Source: Cirrosporium novae-zelandiae (Eukaryota). Taken from it: a stretch of 64,000 nt of DNA. The notes beneath the pieces are model-generated. The model was not told the DNA's origin and did no database searches. It worked only from the letters and a program-made list of their open reading frames with translations. Numbering within the stretch: the first letter of the stretch is position 1; each line of letters starts with the position of its first letter. Shown here piece by piece: positions 12,640 to 24,553 of this stretch. A program made the position numbers and the translations under genes. The stretch is taken from positions 1-64,000 of the forward strand of contig JAPETS010000054.1 in assembly GCA_026023565.1 (NCBI GenBank), in the 5' to 3' direction.

Positions 12640-14358
12640 TCACTCTTGAGCTCTAAAAAGCGCATCTGCCATCTTTGCCACAGCCGCCATCTCGGAAACA
12701 TCATGCACTCGAACGATATCCGCGCCGCCCTTAATTGCCGCCGTCACTGCTGCAGCGGTGCCCCAGCCCCTCTTTGCTGGTTTCATCACACCCGTGATCT
12801 TCCCGATGAACCCCTTGCGGCTTGTTCCAACCAACCAGGGGAACCCGGCAAGACCGGGATAGCCCCGCAGTTTATCCATGTTTCGCAGTAAAGCGAGGTT
12901 TTGGTCTTGGGTTTTGGCGAAGCCGATTCCAGGGTCCAGGATTATGCGCCATCGACGGATTCCTGCCGCTTGGGCTTCGCGGACACGGGCGAGGAGTTCT
13001 TGTGCTACCCCTTCGATGATGCCATTGGGGTAGTGGGTTAATTTGGACATGGTTTCGGGGGTTCCGCGCATGTGCATCAAAATGATTGTAGCACCTAGGG
13101 AGGCGGTGGTGGGGAGCATGGATGGGTCTAAAAGACCGGCAGAGACGTCGTTGATAATGTCGGCGCCGGCTTCGAGGGATGCTTTCGCGACGGATGCGTA
13201 GTACGTGTCGACACTGATGGCGATGTTGTTGGCTTCGGGCATGGAGCGGACGTGCTTGATGGCGGGGAGGATGCGACGTAGTTCTTCTTGTTCGCCAACC
13301 ACTGGCGCCCCAGGCCGCGTGGACTGTCCGCCAATATCGATTATGGTTGTTCCTGATTCGATGAAAGAGCGGACAGTTTGATCGAGGGCTGACATGTCGC
13401 TTGGTGATCGCAGGCCTCCGTCGGAGAATGAGTCTGGAGTTAGATTGAGGACGGCCATAATCTCTGTTGCCCGTGAAGGCGTCAAGGGCTTTAGAAACGG
13501 AAGTCTATGCGAAGTTGGTGCTTGTAGGACGGCGTCGGGAGGTGTGTTTAATTCTTGCAGATATGTTGAAAAAGCGGTTTGTTGGTCCATGCCAGGGAGA
13601 GGCTCGTCTGGTATTAGTTCGCAGAGAGGCCGTAATACGAATTCTCGTTCTAGCATCAATGGATGCGGGATTGTGAGACGAGGAGTGTTCATAACCTGGG
13701 AATCATAAAGGAGAATGTCCAAATCTATGGTTCGCGGTCCTTTGCTGATCTTTCTAACCCTCCCTAGCTCGTTTTCGATATCCTGTAACTGATCTAAGAG
13801 CCCTATCGGGTCCAGGGAAGTTTCGACTTCACAAACGCCATTGAGAAATGGATCTTGATTTTCATAATACATTGGCGCTGTTTGCCATAGAGAACTTGTT
13901 CTTGTTACTTTTATTCCCCTGCGGTCCAATAGATGGCATGCTTTTTCAATTGTTTCTAGACAGTTTCCCATATTGCTTCCGAATGCGACAAACGCCCGGT
14001 GATTCTGTCCTAGCACGGATGAAGACCCGCCTATAGTCGAACTCGACGTGTGTCGAACTGTTCGAATCGCATGGTTAATCGAAGCCGAGGAAGAAACTGA
14101 AGGAGAATGGAGTCCCATATTTTTAGCTGAGAAGGAGTTTGGGGAGGATCGAATATGTGATTGCTTGGTTCTTGGGCTAGGGTTTCCTCTATCTGAAATT
14201 GAATGAATATTCCTATAGAAATCCACGCCTATTTTCGCGTGAGTGTGCCTTCTTCGAAATAGGTATTGCGCATTACTAGCGACAGAAGGGCTGTTGACAG
14301 TGATGTTGCGAATTGGGGGCGAAAAGTTAGAAATTTTCATGGGAAACTTTATGGACAT
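12640..14358 (-). CDS. FOL1: Folate synthesis protein, HPPK-DHPS bifunctional, with basic Ser-rich N-terminal extension; intronless
   Basis: HPPK motifs AFVAFGSNMG and GPRTIDLDILLY...LTIPHP. DHPS motifs MAVLNLTPDSFSDGG, DIGGQSTRPGA, ILDPGIGFAK, GTSRKGFIG, IVRVHDV. Confidence 0.95.
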   Translation of the reverse strand: MSIKFPMKISNFSPPIRNITVNSPSVASNAQYLFRRRHTHAKIGVDFYRNIHSISDRGNPSPRTKQSHIRSSPNSFSAKNMGLHSPSVSSSASINHAIRTVRHTSSSTIGGSSSVLGQNHRAFVAFGSNMGNCLETIEKACHLLDRRGIKVTRTSSLWQTAPMYYENQDPFLNGVCEVETSLDPIGLLDQLQDIENELGRVRKISKGPRTIDLDILLYDSQVMNTPRLTIPHPLMLEREFVLRPLCELIPDEPLPGMDQQTAFSTYLQELNTPPDAVLQAPTSHRLPFLKPLTPSRATEIMAVLNLTPDSFSDGGLRSPSDMSALDQTVRSFIESGTTIIDIGGQSTRPGAPVVGEQEELRRILPAIKHVRSMPEANNIAISVDTYYASVAKASLEAGADIINDVSAGLLDPSMLPTTASLGATIILMHMRGTPETMSKLTHYPNGIIEGVAQELLARVREAQAAGIRRWRIILDPGIGFAKTQDQNLALLRNMDKLRGYPGLAGFPWLVGTSRKGFIGKITGVMKPAKRGWGTAAAVTAAIKGGADIVRVHDVSEMAAVAKMADALFRAQE

Positions 14359-14739
14359 TCTAGTTGGTCGAGACGATAGCTTACTTCAGTTGCTTTGTTA
14401 GTTATCTTCAAGCATTTAACAGAGACATAAGAAACAAGAAGATGGGCTCACGATTTATCAAAATCGCAAATAGAGTCATACTGGTTCAATAGGTGGGTAG
14501 GAGAGACGAAAAAGCAAGCTGAAGAAATAGAGCTGATCTGTCCTAATGATGTGGGCAGCCAGCCTTTCTGACAGATGGAAATAAGACTCCCTTTTTCGAG
14601 CCATGGGAATGGAGAGATATGCCATCTAGATTTCAATAATAGAAAACATGACATAGTGGGGCAGAGTCAGCCCTGACCAAATTATTAACTAGTGATAACA
14701 GCATTAATTGTGACATTTTATTCAAATTCATTTTATGGA

Positions 14740-14806
14740 CAAACAGTACAAACACTGCAAACACTGCAAACACTGCAAACACTGTCAACACTACAAACAC
14801 GACAAC
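14740..14806. repeat. Imperfect 9-bp tandem repeat (AAACACTGC)n, about 7 units
   Basis: Read directly; produces the QTLQTL ORF at 14692..14916. Confidence 0.85.
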
Positions 14807-15155
14807 CGCATAATGCCTCAGGCATACACATAATTACATGTCCTGGTGATTCCGTCCCGGAGCTCGGACTCAACACCCACCTACTTGCTACATCATTCAA
14901 TAGGCTGAATCAATAAACACAAGACAGGATAATCCCGTTCCACGCTGAGCCTCAACCTATCGATGCCTTCACTCTTAATGAATTACGCAGTACTTCATGT
15001 ACCTGCTTGTCAGTCAGCAGGCTGAGGCAGCAGTACAGTAACTGAAGGACACCTCACTTCAAACTAATAAACTTACTTATTCTTCTCCACTCCAAAGGTG
15101 GCAATGCATCATTTACTTGAACCCTTTCTAGATTCTCCATTACCTTTAGACCAAT

Positions 15156-16451
15156 ATGCTATGCTTTCAAGACCAGGGTGACTCTTTACAAGATACTTCA
15201 AGTTTTGATATGACCATGTCTGATGATGATATGTGCTTACCTGAACATGATGCCTTAACTCCACCGACCTTCCCCATTTACCTTTATTATCCACCCTCAA
15301 AGCGTTATATTGATATTGCCAAAGCCTACAGAGATGAGTTATCAGATATGTCCTTGCTTTTCGATGAGGTTATCCCTCTACTCTTCCCGCATATCTCTGT
15401 TAGCTTCGTGAAATCCCTAGCTCAGGTTTTCCTGACCCGCCTGTTTAGTCGTGAAGAGAGGGAGGAATTGAAAGGCATGAGCATCGCTGCTGGTATTCCT
15501 TTATATCTTCTTGTGGGATTTAATACCATCCTGGACTTCCTTATTGGTTGCAGCAGTGGTGGAGTACGAACACAAGACCAAGATGGACCAGAAAAAATGA
15601 TTCATTTCAGGACATTAGATTGGGGTATGGAACACCTTCGCTCACTGGTTATTCGACTTGAGTATATTCGTGCTCCTGGTGACAAGCCTATCGCACATGC
15701 AATTACTTATGCTGGTTTTATTGGAGTTTTGACTGGAGTTCGAAAAGGTCTTAGCATGTCTCTAAATGTTCGACCTACTCATGATCGCACCCGCTTTCTG
15801 GCAGACAGACGCCTCTTCCTCCACAATCTCCTCGTACTATGTGGATGGCGCCAATCTATATCGTCTCTCTTACGCTCATATCTATTATCTCCAGAGGTTC
15901 CAGATTTAGTGGATATTGCGGAGTCCTTGCCAAGGCGAAGGACAACTCCAGCCCACTTAATTTTCTGTGATGGTAAAAGGACCATGATATTTGAAAAAGA
16001 TTATCGATCTGCCGTTATTCTATCGGCCCAAGATTTCATAACAATAACAAACCACGATATAAACCAGGATGGCTCTGATAAACTGCTAGAGACTGCCAAT
16101 TTAGTTCCTTCAACTATAATTGGTATGAAAGACATATTTGATGAGAGTGTTGATCGACGCAAGTGTATGACATCGTACTGGAAAGCCCATGTAAAGAGTG
16201 TTCAGAGACAGCGGCTAGACGAAGCTAAGCGGAAAAGAATTAGAGGGCAGCGAAGAGCCCTCGAGGAAGGAGATGATTCTGGTGTTAGTATTAAGACAAA
16301 ATCTTTGATTGGATGGGTGAATCGATGGCCAATTACTAATGAGTCCACACATTATGCTACCCTCATGGACCCAACTGATGGCCGCATTCTCTGGGCAAAA
16401 GCTTATCCCACCCCTCCTCAAGAACCTGTAGGGTACTTACAACAGTTTTGA
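15156..16451 (+). CDS. Acid ceramidase / NAAA-like Ntn-hydrolase; intronless, start codon uncertain
   Basis: PPSKRY N-terminal motif, GCSSGGVR autocleavage Cys, HFRTLDWGM, ITYAGFIGVLTGVRKGLSMSLN, TNHD. Confidence 0.85.
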   Translation: MLCFQDQGDSLQDTSSFDMTMSDDDMCLPEHDALTPPTFPIYLYYPPSKRYIDIAKAYRDELSDMSLLFDEVIPLLFPHISVSFVKSLAQVFLTRLFSREEREELKGMSIAAGIPLYLLVGFNTILDFLIGCSSGGVRTQDQDGPEKMIHFRTLDWGMEHLRSLVIRLEYIRAPGDKPIAHAITYAGFIGVLTGVRKGLSMSLNVRPTHDRTRFLADRRLFLHNLLVLCGWRQSISSLLRSYLLSPEVPDLVDIAESLPRRRTTPAHLIFCDGKRTMIFEKDYRSAVILSAQDFITITNHDINQDGSDKLLETANLVPSTIIGMKDIFDESVDRRKCMTSYWKAHVKSVQRQRLDEAKRKRIRGQRRALEEGDDSGVSIKTKSLIGWVNRWPITNESTHYATLMDPTDGRILWAKAYPTPPQEPVGYLQQF

Positions 16452-18343
16452 ATCCTAGCTTGTTGATAAGGAATATATTTCCTCGAACAGATGTTGCAAG
16501 CAAAACGGGGATTTTGGCCAAAATTAGTTCTAGAATTGCATTTCAAATGTCGGCGGGATCTTCGGACAAAAATACGCAGGTATATTTGCATAGAACTAAA
16601 CCCATATCATTGCCATCTACATCGTCAAGATCTAAGGGTCATGTTCGGTGTTCTATTAGACGGCAGTCATAAGGTTAGTGGTGTACGAATCTCCTGTTTG
16701 ATGTTATCGGGATTTATTAACTCGCCATGAGCAGAAAGACCCCCAGTGTCTGAGTTTGAAACTCTAAGAATAGTTGTTTCATAGGTATCGTTGGAGTCTT
16801 CCATAACTACGTCAGTCTCTGCTACCGACCATAACGTTCTTTGAAGTTGCTGCTCAGGCTTGAATTGGAGTTAAGCAGACGATGGAACCTCTAGCAATTC
16901 CTAATAATGTTGAACTTGGTAGAAATGGTTGTGACCTAAACATTGGCCCAAGGTGTCACTTGGAATCCTAAAAATGCTAATGGTCGGGGATTGCATCTCT
17001 ACTGCTGCTTTAAGGCTCGCTGATCATGTCGTTCGTGAAGACCTTAGCAACTCACAGGATAAGGGGACAAGTTAATAAATTCTGGCTGCATACGCAACGG
17101 TTAAGTTCCACGGAGGATTCCAGTCATGATATTCTAGATGTTGCATCTTAGTTAATGCACAACAAGAAGAAGATCCAGAAAAGGAATTGGACGACTCATA
17201 GGCTGACATGATAAATGGGAATTTGATTATCAGAGTGGGGGTACAACTTATTTCTATTGAATGTTTGTAGTTTGAATTGTACCGACCTTATGATATATGT
17301 AGATTGAACAGGCCACTCTTCACTACTCTAAAAGCCAACTAGGAACTCCCCATATTGAACCACTGAACATTGCTGCTTTAAAAGTGTCTCGGTGTCACTA
17401 AATAATTAAGTACGGAGTGCCTAAATAATCAATAACCCAGCCCAGTATGATAATTAGGAAGCATCTCCTATCAAACTCCTCAGTGGCCCAACTGTCCTCG
17501 ATTTCATCACTTGTATCCATGATCCGTCCAGCAGCGGTCCATCGAATCATTTCCGGAAAGACTAATGACAATTATGAGGTCTCCATAGGAGGTTCCTCCA
17601 CCAAATCTTTCTACTGCCCCCTTGAAGGCTAAACCAGAAGTAATATTCTCTTTTGAGATGGAGACCATGGATTAACAGAGGACCTAGTTTACTAATTCGT
17701 GTTGTTTATTCTGCTGGTATATTTCACATAGTACCAATGACATTGCGTTGACTTGACCTCTTAGTGTTCTAGAGTAAATCTTTGGTAGTTAGTCTTAAAT
17801 GAATGAAAGCACAACTCGCACATTGCAACCACGATAATTGCCATGCCATACCATATTCATATGGCTTTTTTTATTTCTTGAAAGCGTGGATGTGTCGTTT
17901 TAGTATTTTGGTGAACAGCCACTCCCCCCCCAAAAGAAGTAATGAAAAGATGGAATTTATTAATGAGCATTGGATTGGACTCAAGAAAACCTTGTTCTTT
18001 AAGCAGGGGGGATATCGAACCGACGAGATATATATAAATTGCAAAGACTCAAGAAAGCACGATATCGCAAGCCCAAAGAGAGAGAAAAGGACAAGCTAAT
18101 TAGGTCTCAGATGCAAGATGTATTTTCAGAAAAGATATATATATATATCAGTAAAAGGATTTAGTTTATATAACAAGATATGAAGATAGAACAAACAAAC
18201 ATACAAATAGAAAAAAAAACTTTTAGTTATATTTCAATTCCATCAGGTCCAGTGGGAGGCAGATTTGAAAGCAAGCAAGCACCTTCAACCCTTACCTCTC
18301 AACCTTACCTCAAGACCCATCCTAATCCCACCCTCCTCACCCC

Positions 18344-18811
18344 TCACTCCTCACAAACAACAACCGTACACTTAATCTCAACCAACAACCCCCTCCCGGG
18401 CAACTTCCTCACCTCAACCGTCGTCCTCGCGGGCGCATCCCCCCTCTCCGGCCAAACCCGATTCCAAACCTCATTCAGCCCCTCATAATCCCTCTCCAAA
18501 TCGACCAAAAACACCGTCGCATCGATCACGTTTCCCAGGCCCCCCCGCCCGTCCGTAGCCCCCTTGATGATCCCATTGATGTTTCGTAGCACCGCGGCTG
18601 TTTGGGCGCGGATGTCGAGGATGAGGGTTCCGTCGGTTGGGTGAGGGGTTATGCCGTCGTAGGTTCCATCGCCTCGGCGGGAGGAGGTGCCGGATATGTA
18701 AAGGGTTTTGTGAGGGGTTGGGGGGGCGGTTCGCGCGTGGGGGTAGTTTGCGAGGCCTTGGGCTTGGGTTGAGGGGAGCGTGTAGGGCGTTCCGTTGGGG
18801 GGGGAGGTCAT
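18344..18811 (-). CDS. RidA/YjgF family protein, 2-aminomuconate deaminase-like; intronless
   Basis: LANYPHAR, LYISGTSSRRGDG, DIRAQTAAVLRNI, YEGLNEVWN, PARTTVEV..LP...LLVEIK with the catalytic Arg retained. Confidence 0.88.
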   Translation of the reverse strand: MTSPPNGTPYTLPSTQAQGLANYPHARTAPPTPHKTLYISGTSSRRGDGTYDGITPHPTDGTLILDIRAQTAAVLRNINGIIKGATDGRGGLGNVIDATVFLVDLERDYEGLNEVWNRVWPERGDAPARTTVEVRKLPGRGLLVEIKCTVVVCEE

Positions 18812-19370
18812 TGTGTTTGGTTGGTTGGGTGGGTGGTTGTGTTGAAGAGGGCTTTGGTTAGATGGATGGAGTGTCCGTGGTCGGGAGGTGCGGCGCGGGG
18901 TGAGTGGACGTCAAAAGATTGTAATAGCGTACGGTGGAGCTATTTAGCCACGACGAGAATGTATTTTCAATAAAAATACTCTAGGAGCTTAATAGCTATG
19001 TCGTTGATTCATTAATCCCTCCCCGCTGCTGATCGGGATTTAGGTTCGGACCCTTCCCGCTTGTTATCCGAATATTCGGTCGGGAATCGGAATTCATCCG
19101 ATGGCTCTTTAGCCGTTTAGTTTTCCGGGACCTAAGGCATGGATATATGGCTTAGTAGCCGCAACAACAATAGAATTGGTGCAACAGCATTTATTAATTT
19201 AATAGAAAGTGGAAAAACTAAGAGCTATGGTTCCAAAATATTTTATAGTAAAATAAATTGATGGTTATATCCTAAAGACTGGAAGTAAGCAGAATGAGCA
19301 ACTGATTCACTCTAGTGTAGAAGTAGTGTAGTGTCGAGTGTTGAAAAAAGTCACCACTACCTGGCACTAC

Positions 19371-20200
19371 GATCTTCACCAATCTATTTCCTGGTTTCAA
19401 ATAAGCTGGTAATGTAGCACCGCTCCACCATCATTACGAATCGTTTCAGCTTCGAGTGCCGCCGGCCTTCTTGCAAGAAAATCTAAATAGGAAGAGTCGA
19501 GTTCCCTTTTGCAAAAAGCTGTGCAACTTCTTCCAATCGTAAGCCCGCGAATATGGGAACATAATGATCAGCAAGAAATACTGAAAAGGTTTGCTGGCTT
19601 GGCTAATAATGCAGCATCTACCGCTCTTAATGCTGGAAAGGAAATTCATCACGCGCTGCAGCTTTTGGAGCATGGCTGCGGCGTTATCGCGGGTCTTTTG
19701 CTGGACATGCGTACAGATCTCTCTTCTTTAACGGAACAGCATCCTCATCTCGTAGAAAAAATTTAAAGCTCTTTGATATGAACTGGGCTCGCCTGAAGAT
19801 AGGAAACCTATTTTCACATCTCAAGACAACAGTGATATAACGTCTTGGATATCACAAACAAATCGACGTCGTGAAGCAGAACAAGAATTCAATGATGTTA
19901 CTTTAACAATTTGCACCAAAATTGGGTTTCAAAACTTTTTTTTTATCCCCAGATACCGATGAATTAAAGGATGCTGCGCAGCTGGGGCCTATTGCAGTAA
20001 TTTGCGTTAGTTCATACCGATGTGATGCATTTATCGTTCAAAGTGATAAGATATCACTGCAACCATTATTCCGTTTGAACTCAAACGATATTAAAACACA
20101 TACCACCAATCTCAAGTTAAAGCAAGGCATGACACTAACGCTGGAATGGCTTTGGGAAGCAGTTATCTGACCCGTCTTAAGTGCCCTTAGTATCACAATA
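19371..20200 (+). pseudogene. Fragment of a fungal TPR-CHAT (caspase-like protease) gene, disrupted and truncated before the CHAT catalytic core
   Basis: W*CSTAPPSLRI...K*EESSSLLQKAVQLLPIVSPR...ALQLLEHGCGVIAGLLLDMRTDLS..., then frameshifts, F.TFFLSPDTDELKDAAQLGPIAVICVSSYRCDAFIV...LEWLWEAVI*PVL. Stops at 19410, 19488 and 20168. Confidence 0.8.
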
Positions 20201-20974
20201 GGTCGATCATAACCTTGTAGACACCGAATATTTGACACGGACGAACCTGGCATTTGCGGCACGGCCCATCTCGACGTCTTTTCAAAAATGGGCGAACTTG
20301 ATACAACGTTGAATTAGACAGGACCAAATGGCGGCTATCTTATAGTTTTCACAAACTAGATCGATGCGCGCGCCTACAAAGTTGGTAGATGGTTATTCCG
20401 TTAAACTATACCCAAACCTGATGAAGAAACTTCTAAGACTAGCTCCCGGTAAAATTAATCATCACGATTCTAGTAGGAGGGGAGAGCAGATACTTGCCAG
20501 TGACAATCAACGCCTTCTCTCGATGGCTATATAGAGACTGAGTCGGCCTTTAAAACAAAAAGATCAAGGAAAATAGATAGTCCAGGTTGCAGCCTTGGTT
20601 GAAGAGTAAATGAAAAAAAAAGGAGAAAAATATTCAAAGAGTTAGTCGTTTATATTCCCTATTCCCAAAAACTAGAAATTACCGCAGAAAAGAAAAGTCT
20701 AATGAGTTCCAGTCTCACATGTTCGGCCGTTACACCTCCATCCATCCATGCCATCCCATGTTTTCCATACTACTTATTGCTACTACTGTTACTGCTTGCT
20801 GGTTCTCGACTCCACAAGACCTAAAAACTTCAAACTCAAGGCCCGGCGCCGTTAATTTGCTTGTTTCTTCTCGTTGCTGGAAACACTTGCCTGAAGGATT
20901 ATGGAACTGAATTGGGTGCGTGGGATTAAAGGGCTACTATGTATGGTTATCGAGTCAAGTCTACGAGATGTAGC

Positions 20975-22654
20975 TCAGCTGTTGAGGTAATTTCGGATAG
21001 CACCTATAAATGGGACGTTAGTTGATATCAAGACATGATAAGGGGATATGCGAACCTTGTAGCTTGGAAGCACCCTCTCCAAGAACATGTGTCAGATTCT
21101 CCAAATCATCCCCGGCTGTAAGTCCAAATTTCCGCACAAAATCTCTTGCTGCGCCTTCCAAATCTCCGTAGTTTCCGTATTCATCAGGCGCTGGGAGATC
21201 ATCTTCTGGGCGGCCGAAATATGCATTGCTGGATATGGAAGTAGCACCTTCAAAGTTTTGGAGACGTGTTTTGGCTTCAGATTGCGCCGAGGGATCAAAG
21301 TTGTTACGACCGAAGAACTCATCCGAGGAAATGCCTTTTTGGGTTCCAAACTTGCTACGAGCATAAGTTTCTTCATCCTCATCTTGGGCCTTGCTGCCTC
21401 CAACAGATCCAAATCCCATCATCTTTTTTGGTGCTGCAGCGGCGGGCTTGCCTCCTCCGACTTGTCCAAAACCTAGACGACCAATCCCCATTCCTAGTCT
21501 TTCCACTTCGCTGCTATTTCTTTCATGGCCTCTCGTAGCTCCGAATCCTGGCTTAGGACTGATAGGTGTTGGCGAAGCAATGGTGGGGCTGCTGACCCTC
21601 TCAATCCTAGCCTTTTTCTCCTCCGCCGCTTGTTCTGCTTCCGGGTCATAACCTAATGTCTTGATTCTTTCTGCTTCCTCCTTGGCCTTTCGTTCTGCAG
21701 CATCAAAGTCGATGACATCCCCAGTAGTTACTTTCTTTGCACCTAGCTTGTGCGACTTCTTAGATCCAAGAATGTTGGCTTTTCGAGGGGCATGAGTAGT
21801 GGTGCTCTTGCGAATAGCAGAGGAGGTGGTGGTGCGAGTTTGGGTGGCATCCCCTGTGGGAGAGCCGGTATTGACGAGAGGCGATTTAGGACGAGATGGG
21901 CCGTTTGTTCCAGCTGCTAAGAAGGGAGATCCGGTACGGCCAATGACAGGCGGGGTCGCAGTTCTAGAAGGCGGATTACTGGGCCTTTTAACGGTCGGTT
22001 TATCCCAAGAAGAAAAAAAGTCATCTTCGGCGCCCGATGGGGTAGATGAGCCATCACCAGGGGTAGCAGGTCCAACATCTGTGACAACAACCTCGTTCGG
22101 ATATCTAAAGTATTTATTAGGTAATGGTCGAAATAAAAATATTAAAGTCTTCTCACTCTGCTGCGTCTGCGGCTGCTCTTCTCTTCAACTCCTCTTTGTA
22201 CTTGGTGGCGGTTTGCGAGTTGTATTTTGTTTTAGGGTCTTTGCTAGCAAGGGCGGCACTTCCTCCATGACTCTGGAAATATTTGGTAGCGGATTCGTTT
22301 CCACCAACTTTCATCAATCGAAGTTGGTCCCATTGCCACTCTAAAGGAATATGTGTCAACAACTATGCAGAGTGGCAGCGACGGGATCATCATACGGTCA
22401 AGATTTGTAGATCGGACAAAGGAGATATGAACACCGAGATTACGATGGTTCGCGGAACAATCTAGGCATAGATATATACCAAGTGGGACGGAAGACCATG
22501 TTGGATTCTTAGCACCGCAGTCGAAACATATCTAGACTCAGGATCAGTCAGGGTATAAGGGTAAAGAAACTTTGAGTAGGGATACCTTGTTTGCGGGTTT
22601 TGATCTGAGCTTTTCAAAAAGCTTGTGGGTTTCCGACTTAGTAGCATAAGCCAT
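20975..22654 (-). CDS. GLO3: ADP-ribosylation factor GTPase-activating protein (ArfGAP2/3, Glo3-like); 5 exons
   Basis: Zinc finger [58 protein letters not shown], and the Glo3 motifs GISSDEFFG and SISSNAYFG. Confidence 0.93.
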
Positions 22655-22954
22655 TTTGAATATATAAGTCTGAAGGGTGAAGATGACAGACTCTCAAAAG
22701 GGGAGAAGAAAGGGTTGTGAAATAAATTCAATGCGCCTGATGAATGAAGCAATTGGATAGTTGGCCAAGCCGAGCAGCGAGATCCGATGCTGTCATTGGC
22801 CAAGTAATTTCTTGCTTATGTCATCTTCGTATTACGTAAATTCACCCAAAGCGCAACGAGGACGAGGGGGAATTGATGATGATCGCTATAGCTATACAGC
22901 CGAGACAGTGTATCGCGAAATTTATCCAATTCAACTGGTGATGTAAAGCATAAT

Positions 22955-23842
22955 ATGTCTTCTTTCATCCGTCCAGCATCTCCATCGACTGCACATCTAA
23001 CCTCTTCCTTAAGAGGATGCTCAGTTATTATACCAGTAATCTTACTCCGAAGGCCAGCTTCATTCCGAAGCTATGCCACTCACCACAGTCTTCCAAATAA
23101 TCGCCAAAGCTCTGCCAAAAATAGGCAGATGATAGCTAGAGCCAACGATGGCAGGGTACCTTGGAAGAATCTGAGTCCGGGGGAAAAGGCTGCACGGGGA
23201 ACTCAACAAAGCTTCAACTTTGCTATTATCATTGTGGGGGTTGTTGCCCTGGTGTGCCCGATCCCTTCTCTCTCTCTTGACGTTCCATCTAATCAATCCT
23301 AGGCTTTTACTTCTAAAGAATTGTATTACTACATGTTTGCGCCTGGCAACAAAGTTACAACTTACAATCGTGTAAGCGATCGGGTCAAAGCAGATGAGCG
23401 CTGTCAAGAGCTCTTGGGAAGAGGAAGTCAAATTAGGACTCATGGAGAGCCTACATGGAATAAATGGGCCATGGACAGGCCAATTGCGTATATACCCTCG
23501 ACTAATTTCTAGAGACGTCAGGATCTAACCTTTTTGATATAGATCTACCGTTACCGAAGATCCCGATGGTACCAAGCATCTCTTGATGCACTTCTATGCC
23601 GAGGGTCCTCTAAATAGTGGGACCGTTCGATTGCATATGATCAAGAAACCCGGGGGAGAGTATGAGTACAAATATCTATGCCTAGATGTGAAGGGTGAGA
23701 GCGACGGGCTTTCTTTTCCGTTAGACTTCTCTTCTAACATTATCCAGGGCACGAAAGAATATACCTCGAGAATGCAGACGCAAAGAAACGCGAAACCATC
23801 AAGAGTCCTATGGCGAAATTAACTAAGATTTTAGGATTCTAA
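22955..23842 (+). CDS. TIM21: Mitochondrial import inner membrane translocase subunit Tim21; 4 exons
   Basis: Presequence, WKNLSPGEKAARGTQQSFNFAIIIVG, TM helix, HGEPTWNKW..RPI, MHFYAEGPLNSGTVRLHMIK...EYKYLCLDVKG/HERIYLENAD. Confidence 0.9.
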
Positions 23843-24553
23843 CCTGCAATCTGGATTGTAACTACTAACCCGACTATTTGATCCTGAGGAACTTCCAAGA
23901 CAAGGTTTTACTCTGCTCCACGAATTCTCAAGCTCTAAAGAGTAACTACACATCTTAAACATGTCATAGGACTTCATGGTCATACTTCCAAAGGAATCGA
24001 ATCTCGGCATATGAAAGTGACATTAACCCAACTTCTTGCTGATCCTAGGTGTATAATTATCATGCTCCAGGTCATGATATTTATCAGCTAGACCAGGAGA
24101 AGTATCCCCAACTTGTATATGTGAACACCCTTAAAAATAAACACATTCCAGCTTGAGGACTCCATACGTTCCAGGACCCTTCCAAGACCCGTTTAGCCAT
24201 GGAGCGTGTGGGGTGGCACCACCATCAGGGCGTTTTGGTAGATTCTCAGCGTTCCTTTTTTATTCCGAAAGTGGACTTACCAAAGGGACGAAAGATGCTG
24301 GCGGTTTGAACGACTGTGGAAAAACTCCATGGGACGAACTCGACGCACTTTACTGTTCCTAGCTATCGATGTTAGATCAACGATACGCAACACAAATAAT
24401 GATGATAATTCCTTATTTTATGTTTGCACTAACATAAATAATAACAGGACTACTTCCATTTCTAGAATCTCTCTGTAATAAATCCTAAAGTCTATAATTC
24501 TATAATCCACCCCACCCTTCTTTTTACATATCCACCCACAACCCCAACCACCT

